A DNA stretch of 63,402 nt, filler included, from Lenisia limosa (Eukaryota; Protista; Breviatea), in the NCBI GenBank assembly GCA_001655205.1. It is 13 parts of 13 records of this genome, joined end to end, with 100 filler letters (N's around TTAATTAATTAA, not from the genome) between each part and the next. Parts side by side here need not be neighbours in the genome. Positions count along the whole stretch, not along the records: positions 1 to 18,266 come from LPNZ01000357.1; 12 more parts are not named here. The stretch is one strand, 5' to 3'. A model generated the notes under the pieces. That model saw only the letters and a list, made by a program, of their open reading frames with translations. It did no database searches and was not told the DNA's origin. A program made the translations under genes and the position numbers. Shown piece by piece: positions 1-11,679 of this stretch. Numbering within the stretch: position 1 is the stretch's first letter; every line of letters begins with the position of its first letter.

Positions 1-99
1 GGCTTTGTTTGTTTTATTGTTAGCAACCCTCGTGTGCTATCAGCCAACCGAGTTAATTTTGGGCTCTTTTTTTTTGTTTTATTTTACCCCCCCCCCCAG
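1..99 (+). repeat. Intron 3'-end repeat element (family A), ending at the acceptor AG
   Basis: GGCTTTGTTTGTTTTATTGTTAGCAACCCTCGTGTGCTATCAGCCAACCGAGTTAATTTTGGGCTC...TTTTACCCCCCCCCCCAG matches the reverse complement of 40216-40280 and partial copies elsewhere. Confidence 0.8.
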
Positions 100-516
100 A
101 ATGCGGTGGCCCTGGCGAAGAAACACCCCGAAGACCCGGCCCATCGCGAGGCCATCCAGACTCTCTCCAACCAGCTAAAGACCGAAAAGGCAAAGTGGGC
201 TTTGGGTATTATTGATGTAGTAAATGATTGGGTGAAATACCGGTACTCGTATAAACGTGATGGTGTGGAAGGCCGGTCAGGTGTTATGTTTAGTTGCTCT
301 ATGTAGTATTTATTTGGGCGGTTTTGCCTTTCTTATCCCTCAGCTAGCTAACAGAGTTGATTTTGGGCTTCTTTTTTTGTTTCGTATTTTCCTTTTACTC
401 CAAATAACAACGAATTTTGTTAATTTTTCAGGCATACTGCAGCAGCGTTCACCGCAAAATCAGCCTCACAAAAGGTCAAAAAGCTCTCCAAAGAAATCGA
501 GAACGCCCAGAAATGA
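100..516 (+). CDS. 3' end of a hypothetical helical protein (last two exons, 100-194 and 432-516)
   Basis: In-phase splicing gives NAVALAKKHPEDPAHREAIQTLSNQLKTEKAKHTAAAFTAKSASQKVKKLSKEIENAQK*. Exons are GC-richer than flanks, with C-run+AG and TTTTTCAG acceptors. Confidence 0.55.
343..431 (+). repeat. Intron 3'-end repeat element (family A), partial
   Basis: CTAACAGAGTTGATTTTGGGCTTCTTTTTT...GAATTTTGTTAATTTTTCAG lies in the sense orientation of the host intron. Confidence 0.7.
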
Positions 517-680
517 TGATCCCCCATGTATTTATTTAATAGCTTGTTTTTGCTCTAAGGTTGTGATGATTTTTGAAACCTGCCCTGTGTTTGAGGGATG
601 ATATTTATTGTTATTTTTATCCATGAGAAATTCAAAGTATTTAATGATATAATGTACTACTATATTGAAAAATAAATCAA

Positions 681-993
681 TATCACACCGTTCATTAATA
701 TGTGTTTTTTTAAAAAAAAGGAGGACGCAGAGGAGCAATCAAAATAGTCCGTTTCAGGATACAACTCTTGTGTGTAGTCTTTCTTGTAAAATATAATTAC
801 TCCTAAGCAATCACCAAGTTGGATTAAATATGTGTACATCTTGCAACTTGTGTATTTGTTACAAAACTAGGTTTACTTATTCATTTTGGGACTCCAAACA
901 CTGTTTTAGAACTCTCGAAAAAAAAAACACATTTAGTTAAAAAAAAAACACATTTAGATGAAAAAAAAACACATATTAATGAACGGTGTGATA
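681..993. mobile_element. MITE-like element with TCACACCG terminal inverted repeats (family D)
   Basis: TATCACACCGTTCATTAATATGTGTTTTTT at the left end and AAAAAACACATATTAATGAACGGTGTGATA at the right end form an inverted repeat of about 30 bp. TA flanks; no ORF; related ends at 20074 and 21857. Confidence 0.75.
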
Positions 994-1819
994 TGTACTT
1001 TCCAAACATTCCCATGTGTATATGATATATTATGAAGTAGTATCATATCATATCTAGAAATTAGAAGCAAAAAGGACTCTGGCCACCAAGCCTTCCACCA
1101 CACCAAAATAGTTCATAAGACAAGGATATCTAACAAGGGGGGGGGGGGGNNNNNNNNNNTTCTTCCTTCTCATAGAAACTCCGAAGCTCAAACTAAATCA
1201 TCAGGCGCAGGGGACGGGGTGTAGATAAAAAAACAAAACACAAAGAGTGGAGGGGTATTTCTTGCTTAAATAGCCCTCACCTTCGCCCCCTTAAACTCTG
1301 ACGCAAATGAGATGGTCACAATGCTATAAGCAGCAAGCATTATCAACTCCAGAATAGCACAGGCGTCTTTGTGTCGAGTGAACGAAAGGAAAAAAACTGA
1401 AATACGTAAGGGGAAGAAATGGAATTTGCTAAAGATAATAGTCCAATGACTTCCTTACATATAACGCCAAGGATCGAGCAAATTGATACGCAGATAATGC
1501 GGATATTGTGCTTCAAAGACCTGAAAGATCATAGAAGAGCCAAGTAGTACTTTTTCTATGAGTGAATGCATGGGACAAAAACAAAAATAGGCGTCTGGTT
1601 TATTGGGCTTGTACTGTTCAATACCCCCCCCCCCCNNNNNNNNNNNNNNNNNNNNNNNNNNNNNNNNNNNNNNNNNNNNNNNNNNNNNNNNNNNNNNNNN
1701 NNNNNNNNNNNNNNNNNNNNNNNNNNNNNNNCGTGAAGAGTGGCAAAAAAGAAGAACATTACCGTGAGGATGGCATGGACCTAGAACCAGATTAATTTGC
1801 CCTTTTTAAGAATGAACTA

Positions 1820-1877
1820 CAGTGACCTGGAGAAGTCTTGACCGATTTCCTATGTGATTTAGGTCAAGACTTATCCG
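1820..1877. mobile_element. Short hairpin MITE (family C, CAGTGACC ends), degenerate
   Basis: CAGTGACCTGGAGAAGTCTTGACC...GGTCAAGACTTATCC; the same family occurs at 39896, 44960 and 55980. Confidence 0.6.
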
Positions 1878-1950
1878 TATATTTTCATACCATGCAAAAA
1901 TCCATTTCGCATAATGTAGCTCATTTGATTGGTATAATATACCCCCCCAG

Positions 1951-2779
1951 CACGTGCCCATTCTGGCCACTTTGGTCGCGTGGGTCTTCTCTATTGTATC
2001 CCTGTTTTTGATGTACCGAAATCACCATGATGCCAGCCACATGCACATGAAACACGGACAGAAGCATAGTGTTCCCTACATCAGCGATGCGGGGTCTTAC
2101 AGTGGGGGATTTGGGGTTTTGTTGCTTCTCATGCTGACGTCCAGCCTATTCTGTGAAAATGACTTTTAACTCACAACAAAGGACCAGAGTCATCCGTCTT
2201 CACATTTGGCATGACAGTATACGCTGTTCTCCTCTTTATATCAGCCTTATTCCTCGACGTTCATCTGAGGTTTGCAAGAGATAATACATCTCATATAGCT
2301 ATATGTCGTTATAATATAATATATAGATATATATAGCTATATCATATATCATATCATATGTAGTATTTAGATACATATGTTTTGAACTTTACTGGTGTTG
2401 CAGCAAGCGAATGCAGTTGATGATATATTCGACCAAATTGTCACACATCCATCATATCATATATAATTTGATATAGATTTTCAAAGTGTTACAGTTCAGG
2501 TATAATATTCTTCCTCACACATTTTTGCCTCAGAAAGTGAGTGGTTTATTGATATCATTGAAATGTGGATATTTATGATACACGGGATCAAAATATCGTA
2601 ATAATCTTCATATGTCTGTAAATAATGTCAAATGTCAACTGTCAACTGTAACTACTCTAATATGAACTTTGTCAAAATCCATGAATGTGACCACCAAGGC
2701 ATTTGATAGACTTTCGCGTTTCTCGTTATGGAGTGCTGGAATATCAAGCCTTAGTCTTGTTGGAGTGGCCTCTGTGCAG
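1951..2779 (+). CDS. Frag1/DRAM/Sfk1 (DRAM/TMEM150-like) membrane protein, partial model
   Basis: Spliced exons read HVPILATLVAWVFSIVSLFLMY...VPYISDAGSYRPESSVFTFGMTVYAVLLFISALFLDVHLR and LSRFSLWSAGISSLSLVGVASVQ. PYISDxG..PES..F is the DRAM-family signature. Start and 3' exons are unresolved. Confidence 0.75.
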
Positions 2780-3723
2780 CTCAGTTTGAATATTGCTGTC
2801 TCTGAAGCAAAAAAAAGAGGGGGGGGGTTACCAATTAGTCTATTCAATGCGTATGTTTTACCATATTGTCTCAAAACGGCTTTAATTGTTACCAACCAAC
2901 CCAAGGCTTAAGTTGAGCTCCCATTGCAACAGCAGTGCATGTAGTAGTGAAAACACTTCTAAAGGAAATAATAAAATAAGAACAAATGTAAATGGAGAGC
3001 ATGTTTAAAGAATAAAAACACTCTGACAACACATGAGCATGTTGAAAATAATGTTCCTGTTGCATGGGTGGGGAAGTGAATCATTCAATATATTGTGCTC
3101 CTGGGCTTGTGATAGTGCTGGAGAAGACAGTTGCAGCAGGTTGCAGCTGATTTTACCTGTAAACAGGCTGGGAGAGGGAATGTCGGGAGTGTGGACAGGA
3201 GCACCAAATAGCATCCCAAACTACCTGAACTATGCTGGAGGAGGAAATACCACTATTTTGCGCTGTAAAAATTGTTAAGAAAGGCCTTAGAGCCTCATAA
3301 ATAGCACTTGGGAGTGGCGACAGCTACTTTCTTTACCCCCCTGTCACGCTATATTGTATTTTTTCACCTCCCCAGGGTTGTAGGTAGGAATGTTAAAAAG
3401 ATATTTATCGTGTCATATTTGTAGTATTGACGCAAAACAACCCAGTTAAATTTCCGCCGCCGCTGCATTTTTTTTTTTTTTTCATTTTTTCATTTTTTAT
3501 TTTGGGACACCTCTCCACAAAAACTGGACCCTTTGGAACCACTGTGTTACAATGTTTCAGTAGAATAAAAAAATTGAAACGGTACGAGAAAAGAACGTGA
3601 CTGTACTTGCAATAAAAGGTGAAAGAATACATAAGCAGAAAAGCACAGAAGATACAAACAGAAAAAAAACACAATAACTAAAGAGTGCACTACACTCACA
3701 CTATGCTGGCAGCAGTTGGGTGT

Positions 3724-5369
3724 CTACGCCATATTCATGTCCATTCCCATGCCCATCTGGCCTTGCTGTTGGTCCATGCCGGGTTGTTGTTGCATGCCCA
3801 TCTGGCCTTGTTGCATACCCATCTGGTTCTGATCCATTCCTCCGCCCATGCCCATCTGGCCTTGCTGCATTCCACCCATTCCCATCTGATTCTGATCCAT
3901 GCCGCCCATTCCCATACCCATTTGGCCACTTTGCATGTTAGCCATGCCCATGTTCTGGCCACTTTGCATGTTAGCCATGCCCATGTTCTGGCCACTCTGC
4001 ATGTTGCCCATTCCCATGTTCTGGCCTCCCATCATCATGCTGTTGTCCATCCCTCCCATGGACTGCATACCGCCGCCCATCTGGTTCTGGTCCATACCCA
4101 TTCCCATTCCCATGCCTCCTCCTTGCATGCCCATATTGTCCATTGGCTCCGGTCCTAAAGCGTAAAATCAGACAAAAAAACAAAGCCATTTTCAATCCCT
4201 CCTTCATGATTTGGTACCGAAGAGAGAAAAATTCCTGTCAACAAGATGGCATCATACCGGCAGTGAGATCACCAAGATCCATGTTTGCGAGTCCAACGTC
4301 AGTGTTAACTTGAAGGTCGTCCAAATCCATGTCCATGCCGTCAACTGTTGGGGTCAACAAATTTATTTCAATTTAATTGAGAAAAGAAGCGATAGCTAAT
4401 GTAGTAACACAGTGAAAAACCTGCTAAATGATCTCACCCGTCAATTGGCTCCGATTTGGTCAATTTTCCTTCTGAAGTATTGTTTTCCCAAAAATTTTAT
4501 TGTTGCAGAATACGATGTTTTTAATCAAACAAAAAGAAAATTTGCTGAATTTTACAAAAAAAAAAAGAATGATAAAATTGACAGGTGAGATCTTGCTTCA
4601 ATGAGGATGAAAGATGGTTTTTTTCATTTTCCCAAGTATCCAAACTCACCATCAGGGGCAGGAGCGCCACTAGCGAAATTGTTCATATCCTAAAATGATT
4701 AGTTGGGGATTACAAAAAGATAGTGTGAAAATAAACCTGACATTGCTTACCATTCCCATAGAATTCATGTTGTTCATTCCCATTGAGTTCATGTTGTTCA
4801 TGCCCATTGAGTTCATGTTCTGGTTCATTCCCATTGAGTTCATGTTGTTCATGCCCATGGAGTTCATGTTCTGGTTCATACCCATGGAATTCATGTTTTG
4901 GTTCATTCCCATGGAGTTCATGTTGTTCATACCCATGGAATTGTCCATACCCATGGAATTCATGCCGCCCATTCCTTGGTTCATGCCCATGGAATTCATG
5001 CCACCCATGCCTTGGTTCATGCCCATTCCCATTCCTCCCATCATTCCCATCTGGTTCTGATCCATACCACCCATCATGCCCATCTGGCCTTGCTGTTGGT
5101 CCATGCCGGGTTGTTGCTGCATTCCCATCTGGCCNNNNNNNNNNGTTCTGATCCATGCCACCCATTCCCATCTGCCCTTGTTGCATTCCACCCATGCCCA
5201 TCTGGCCTTGCTGCATTCCACCCATGCCCATCTGGCCTTGGTCCATGCCACCCATGCCCATCTGGCCTTGCTGCATGCCCATCTGGCCTTGTTGCATGCC
5301 CATTCCCATCTGCTGCTGTTGCATCATTTGCTGTTGATCCATCATCGGCTCTTCGGACATCACAGGCAC
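3724..5369 (-). repeat. Coding tandem repeats (GQMGMGGMQQ, MNSMGMNQN, QSGQNMGMANM units)
   Basis: Directly visible in ORFs 3724-4143 and 4670-5369; 21-33 nt units are repeated in frame. Confidence 0.9.
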
Positions 5370-7265
5370 TCCGGCGGGAGCTGAAGGAACTCCTGAAATG
5401 CCACCTTCGGTGCCAGACTACATCGTTAGCCACTAAAAAAAAAGGGGGGGAGTTTTATAATAAAAGCTGCAATAGTGGCTGAAACAGGGTTACAAAACAA
5501 AACCAATTTGGAAGTCATAAGGAAGATGGATGCCCTTATACCTCCTCAACGACTGCCATTTCAACTTCCTGCTGAGGCTCGCCACCCGCAGCTGGAGCGT
5601 TAATAATGAGAGAGTGAATAAAAATAACTGCATGACAAACTTGTAAGCAACAAGAAACTGTGGTAATACTGAAATTGACCAAACCAGGGTAAGTTAGCCC
5701 ACCTCCAATGTTACCAGCAACATTGACACCGACAATCGTCTTCTTTGCTTCTTGAGCTTGAAGGGCCTTCTTCTTAGCCTTCTTCTCCTTCTTCTTCTTT
5801 TCTTCTTCGTCATCATCAGAGGCGTTCATCATCTTTTCCGCCTCAAGCTGCTCCACAATGAAGCCTCGCTAGGGGGGAGGGTGAAATACTAGTTTCGATG
5901 ATGAAAAAACAAAACAAAATATAAAAATTGAATTTAAGAATTAAGAGAAAAAAAAAAAAAAGCAAGACTATTGAATCTCTTCACTAAACACAAAGCCCCA
6001 AAGTAAAGGAACATACCTGTTTCTCGAAATCGTGCAAAAGTGCGCCAATTAGGAACAGAATGCCGACATAGGGGAGAACAATACCGAAGACAAGACAGAG
6101 GATTTTGTCAATGGGGAAGTCCTTTACCATGACCACACGTTCTAGAAGTATTAGGACTGTTGCTAAAAAAGAAATAGGTTTAAAACAAGTTCCACAAAGC
6201 CCACCCTCTTCGTCAGGATTGTAGAAACACTTTGCAGTGGTATTGAGTGGATACTCGTCAAGAAAGTTTTCAGCGTTAGTGAAAGAGTAACAGCGGTTGG
6301 GGCACTTGTAGCTAGAGGGTGTAAGAAGGGTATAGATTGCGAAATAAATATTTGCACGCTTAGGAGCAACTCTACTGCTCCAAAGAAAATACGGAATAAA
6401 TATTCGGATAATAGAACACTTCAAAGCAAAAATGCACAAAAAGAGATAATTGATCCGAGAAAGATAGCATACCCGAAAGTGGAGACTACACGAAGGGATG
6501 GGTCTGTGAAGTTGAGGTAGGTGTTTCCTTCACGTCTCAGAGCAATCGGTACGTAGTCGGGTTTGTAGTAGACCTGTCAAAAATGAATACCACCCGACTT
6601 GTAAAATCTTGTTATTGATTTAATATTGCAGAACCCAGACGTAAATGAAACTCAGAAGCGGGGTAGCAAAAAAAGACTGATGCGTATTCCATCTTTACTC
6701 GATCCCACCTTAAATTCCGCACGATGCAGCTGTTCGTCGTACCACGTACTTGTCCAGCGTCCCTGAGGGAAGGTTAAAACTCTGAAACCGAATGTGATCA
6801 ATCAATGCTGAGAGGAGAGGGGAGACACTTCAACTCTCTTTTCTCACCTCGGCACTGTCTTCAACGTAGCAAAGGGTCTCTTTGTACCATCCAGCAATGT
6901 AGATAGTGGGAGAAACGTAAGAAACCATCATTAGACCAATCCAAAATGTAACCAATATCAGTAAAACATGCTTTTTGTTAAGAACGTAATCGTTTCGAAG
7001 GGGAATCTGGGTTAAGGTTCGAGATATAAAAAAACCTTTGCCTGTCTCACACAAACGAAAATTGAGAACATAAAGCAGATGATGTACAAGATAATTCCAC
7101 TGTAAACGGCCTATAATGTGAGATTGGAGGATTCTGTTGGGGAAAGGCCAGTTAATCCGTAACCAAACTTACCCAGAGTGGGAAACCGATCGCCTCTGTA
7201 GAGTTTGAAGACTCGTGAGAGCCCGGAAGACCCGCTTCCAGCTCCAAAGCCACAATTTCAGACAT
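3724..7265 (-). CDS. Multi-exon 3-TM membrane protein with a KCNMB/CaKB-like extracellular loop and a long M/G/Q/N low-complexity C-terminal tail
   Basis: About 13 in-phase exons: MSEIVALELE...FPLW|AVYSGIILYIICFMFSIFVCVRQAK|IPLRNDYVLNKKHVLLILVTFWIGLMMVSYV...|YKCPNRCYSF...TAKCFYNPDEE|RVVMVKDFPIDKILCLVFGIVLPYVGILFLIGALL|...then MGMQQGQ/MNSMGMN repeats ending MDMNMA*. The KCNMB similarity is by motif only. Confidence 0.78.
4430..4592. mobile_element. Intronic MITE-like element with 17-bp inverted ends
   Basis: GATCTCACCCGTCAATT ... AATTGACAGGTGAGATC (one mismatch), inside an intron of the 3724-7265 gene. Confidence 0.55.
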
Positions 7266-7653
7266 TACCTCTACGTACTCGGGAGCTTTGACTACTTTGC
7301 CGTCTGAATTAAACTATAGTAGGATAAAACTGCAACTCTCCCTTATTTTTATTGAAAATGAGCTGATAATTTTGAATAAAAAAAGTCAACTTAATTGCTC
7401 GATATTTATTTCGATATATTTCGAAAAAAACGGTTCCATTTCCTTCACTCCACAGCGAGATCCGTGGATGCGAGATCTGCAAGATCCAGGCGAGGTCCAC
7501 CTCTACAAAAAGAAAAAGAAACAAATAACGCGCATTAACGCTTCAACGCCTCCTATTATATAAGGCAAATAACATCAGGGCCAGTTCAGAAACTCACCCC
7601 CCCCCCTAACCCCCCCTAATTTCACTGAAACATCTGTGAAACCCTGGTTCAAG

Positions 7654-9922
7654 ATGCCTGGAGGCTTAGGCATGGCAAAGAGGGCAGCGCGAATGGGTGC
7701 TCGCCACGCTCCTGACCAGCACAGTTTGAGGGGTGAAGCTTTTGGGAATAATAAATCCATTAATTAGCACTAAAAAATACAAATAAATACAACGAATTGA
7801 GCTATTTGAAGTTCGTTGTCACATTCAATGTAACAATGTCTGATACATTTTATGCTCTTATCATAATTCAGGCCTAGATCCAGACAAGGAAAGGCCATGG
7901 GATACAGTTGTCAAAAAACCGGAGGTTTGCTCAAGAAGGAATTGGAGATATTTATAAAAAGTCTGTACTCTCTCTTTTGGTTTTCAATCTTATCTTTCTA
8001 GGAGCAGAATGAATGGCAAATTCCATTTATGAAGTCTTGTGTTGATTCACCAGGATCATGTATGTTGGTTCCAGCCTTTTAGTGAAGTAAATCAATTGCT
8101 TTTGTGACTTTTTTTTAGTTCTTATGTCATGCTTCTGTTCCCCTTGCTATGCGTTTGCCCAACGTCAACATGTGATGCAGCACAACTGGGATAGTCAGCT
8201 GGAGATAGACTTGAAAGAGATGATATTCACCAACATATTGATTTTTAATTGAGATTATACTCAATGGACGGATGAAAATAGTGTCTCAGATTGTCATCTA
8301 CATAAGCTCTATATTATATGAACTTCTTGACTCCAAAGGCCATATTATACTTGCATTTGCATTAGTCATCTTTGTTTAGACTTCATATGCTGTTCGGGTT
8401 ACTCTTTCGGATCAAAGGTAGGGGAAATTTGGATAAGAGAAGATGCATCTATTTTGCTCCAGCCTGTCCACAGCTCACAACACAGGTACCAATGCAAAGT
8501 AATATGCCATGCCTTTGCCTTGCATTGGAGGTAGGTGAGGACCTTATATAATACATCAATCAATTCGAATGCGTTTAATGTAGTAGTTGCTAGTCTGTTG
8601 AGATCCATTTTATTGTTTCCAACAGGGAACTTGCTTTGCTCCCTAATATGTTCTTAGGTGACTTGTTGTTTGGCCTGTAGCATCAGGGGAAGCAGGCACC
8701 TCATCGGTATGCAAAACAATCAGCGTTTAGAGCTATTTTTGGTTGTAGCAATTTCGCTTTTCTAATTAGACGATGGTTTCACTGTTTAGGGAAGAAATAT
8801 CACATTAAAAGCTCTCGAGTAGAAGATTGTATCATCCACTGTTGCGTAGGTAAGTTTTGCATACACAAGAGTATTCATTTGAAAAGCAGCAAGGAAAAAT
8901 ACAATAAATGGATTTCCACGATCATCCTGCTTCTTCAACACAAAGATTGACAATGTGGATCTTCATCTAACCCGGGTAGGACGTAGTCGTAGAGACCCCA
9001 TGGCCATTCCACGAAGAGCTGCAAGGGTAAATGGGCAGGTCCCTGATACATCCATACTAAAATACTTAACTGTACCCGCACATTTTTTGTGGTTCTTACC
9101 AGAATGTTGACTCCTACCTATCTTATTGTTTCGTTAGACTTTTTTAATCAAATAGGAATACAATCGACGCTGTGCCCTATGCTTCTTCCTTCCAGATAAT
9201 GTCACAAAATGTGATGTCCCTGAAAGTAAGCTTGGTTAACATGAAAGATCTCTATCGTAGAGGAGCCAAGATTGATTATGCTATGCATTCGGATGAATCC
9301 TTGATCATTTTGACACGAACATCACGTACAGTGATAACATGGTATCCATGACCACATCGCGGATAGGGAAACATAAAAGGGACCTGTTTCTGATAATATG
9401 TTACCCCCAGGTCGTGCATGCTTCTTCCCTTTCGACCCATGTGCTGGCTGCTTCTTAACCCAAATGGTGGGCGAGTCTGCACTGCCCCTCCTAAAACCTG
9501 TTCATCTTTCTTATCACAATTTTATATGTTCTATATATTGTAGAGAAAACAAGGTTAAATCTGGTCGAAGCCGTCCACCCCAATCATTTGCCTTACAACT
9601 CTTGTGTACACAGTTTTCTAGCTCCTTGGAGTAACACTTCAACGAATTGATAACCACATAGCAAGTTGAATTGGACTCCCGTAGTTATCCGGATGACACA
9701 ATCGGTAAAGCCATGGGAGAAACTTCCGACCCTAATCGAGTTGACTCTATCGAAGATGTTGCACCCTCGGTATGTTTGTCCAATTCTCCTTTGTTTCCAA
9801 TAACAAATAGTGATTTTCCTGATGCCCCTCTGGTATTAAATCCCTTACTTCCGCCCAACTTTCCCTTACTCTCAAAGGGAGGCGCTGTTATGACTCAAGG
9901 AGACGGTCAACATGGACTCTAG
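7654..9922 (+). CDS. PLAC8-family cysteine-rich protein, multi-exon
   Basis: MPGGLGMAKR...|GLDPDKERPWDTVVKKPE|EQNEWQIPFMKSCVDSPGS|FLMSCFCSPCYAFAQRQHVMQHNWD|FICCSGY|MPCLCLALE|VTCCLACSIRGSRHLI|KKYHIKSSRVEDCIIHCCV|...RACFFPFDPCAGCFLTQM|QVELDSR...|GGAVMTQGDGQHGL*. The CxCxPC and CC motifs are typical of PLAC8. Some middle exons are unresolved. Confidence 0.7.
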
Positions 9923-10146
9923 GATGGTATTGGCTATTTATTTAATCTAGGGGGGGGGGGGATAAATTGGAAAATTTAGTAATGTATTTTGTATTTCTTC
10001 ACATCAGCGATGTTTCAGTGCAGGTAACTACTGCTTAACATCTGCGTTACATTTAACCTTCCCTTTTGAAGCTACCCAATGAATTAGAAACAAATATACA
10101 TAAAGAAAGCAAAAAAAAAATAAAAAGAAACATCTGAAATTCACAT

Positions 10147-11679
10147 TTAGTACACACCACCCTCCTCAAGTTCGTCTTCCTGGTCATAATAATCATCAGA
10201 GCTCTTTGACTATGTCGTCAAAACAAAGAAGGGAGGTTATTTGAAGGAAAATAACATATTAAACAACGATAGGACAAAGAAAAAATATCTTAAAACTACC
10301 CGCTACAAACCTGAAGAGACGCCAAAGCGTTGAGCTTGGACATCAGGACGTCGTGAGACACCGGCTGGTTAGAAGCGTTGCCGGAAGGGCCCAGCGCCAC
10401 ATTGCGCAGCTTGCGCATTAAGTGATTGGATCGGATGGGCTTGGTGAGATAGCCTGGGAAGTAAATATTTGTCTCATGTCTCCTCAAAGGATGAGGAAAG
10501 GATGTTACCCCCCCCCCCCCNNNNNNNNNNNNNNNNNNNNNNNNNNNNNNNNNNNNNNNNNNNNNNNNNNNNNNNNNNNNNNNNNNNNNNNAAAGCCAAA
10601 ACCGAGCGCGTGATTTATATTTAGTGTTATAAAAGCATTTGTTTTGAAAGCAAAAGAGCAAATGTTGTGATTTTCATACTGGCCAAAATCTTCTTTTAAT
10701 TCAAGTAAAAAAAAAATAACGTTATCGAAACTTTTTGTTCGGATATCTGCGACAATTTCTGGATTGGCATTTTTTAATGGCACAAAACAAGAGAAGGTTG
10801 CGGTGCCCCTCACACCATCCATGCCGGCTTGTAAGCACTTGTCCTCGGTATCGCCAAAGGAACGCGCGGTGACCGCAAAAATGGGGACATGCTCATTGGC
10901 ATCTTCATTGGCTCGGATTTCAGCTGTAGCCTCGAATCCGTTCTAAATATGGGTTCGGGGAAATCAAGGAACGAAATAATAATAAACAAAAGGCAAACAT
11001 CTGTGCGTGTGTGGGGGGGGGNNNNNNNNNNNNNNNNNNNNNNNNNNNNNNNNNNNNNNNNNNNNNNNNNNNNNNNNNNNNNNNNNNNNNNNNNNNNNNN
11101 NNNNNNNNNNNNNNNNNNNNNNNNNNNNNNNAGCGAGGATGACAACAAGCTGAAGAAATAGTGGAAACTAAGCACAAAACTGCAGCTTGGGCTGTTAATA
11201 TCACCTTCAAATACATCTACTATTCATCTGAGCCAGAGGTGATCAGAAGAAGAACCCCTCCAACCATCTTGGGCATATCCAAATCCATCAGAATGCAGTC
11301 GTACTTGTCAGGATCTGCAAGATACTTCTCAGCTGCTTGTTTCCCATCACTGACAGGGAATGCCTTGTATCCCATCGTCCTATCGAGCATCAGAAAAACT
11401 CAAAAAAAGGGAAACAAACCTGAGGAGCCCTGAGGCAATATTAAGGGCAACGTTATTGTCATCAGCCACCAAAACACGAAGCTGAGCAGAAGGCTCAGGG
11501 GTATGAAGAAGAGTGGGGGCTGGAGCACGAGGAATCTGCCCTTGCTTGCCGACATCTACATCTAAGAGTATATTAATAACACGCCAATTCCAAAAAGTAA
11601 AGACGGTTGAGGTTCCCCTCAAACTCTCACTCAGCATTTGCTGGAGGAGGTTAACTGAAGCATCGCGGTCGTTTTCCAT
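10147..11679 (-). CDS. Stand-alone response-regulator receiver (CheY-like) protein
   Basis: Spliced: LRVLVADDNNVALNIASGLLR|TMGYKAFPVSDGKQAAEKYLADPDKYDCILMDLDMPKM|DGFEATAEIR...PIFAVTARSFGDTEDKCLQAGMD|GYLTKPIRSNHLMRKL...|SSDDYYDQEDELEEGGVY*. Acidic pocket, phospho-Asp, Thr and Lys-Pro are all present. Confidence 0.85.

Noticed and set aside
3685-5482. Many long overlapping His-, Pro- or Cys-rich ORFs in the ORF track
   Set aside because: They are alternative-frame and antisense shadows of the M/G/Q/N repeat exons; only the minus-strand MG frame fits the splice sites.
7596-7620. CCCCTAACCCCCCCTAA resembling telomeric CCCTAA repeats
   Set aside because: Only two degenerate units within an intronic G/C run; not an array.
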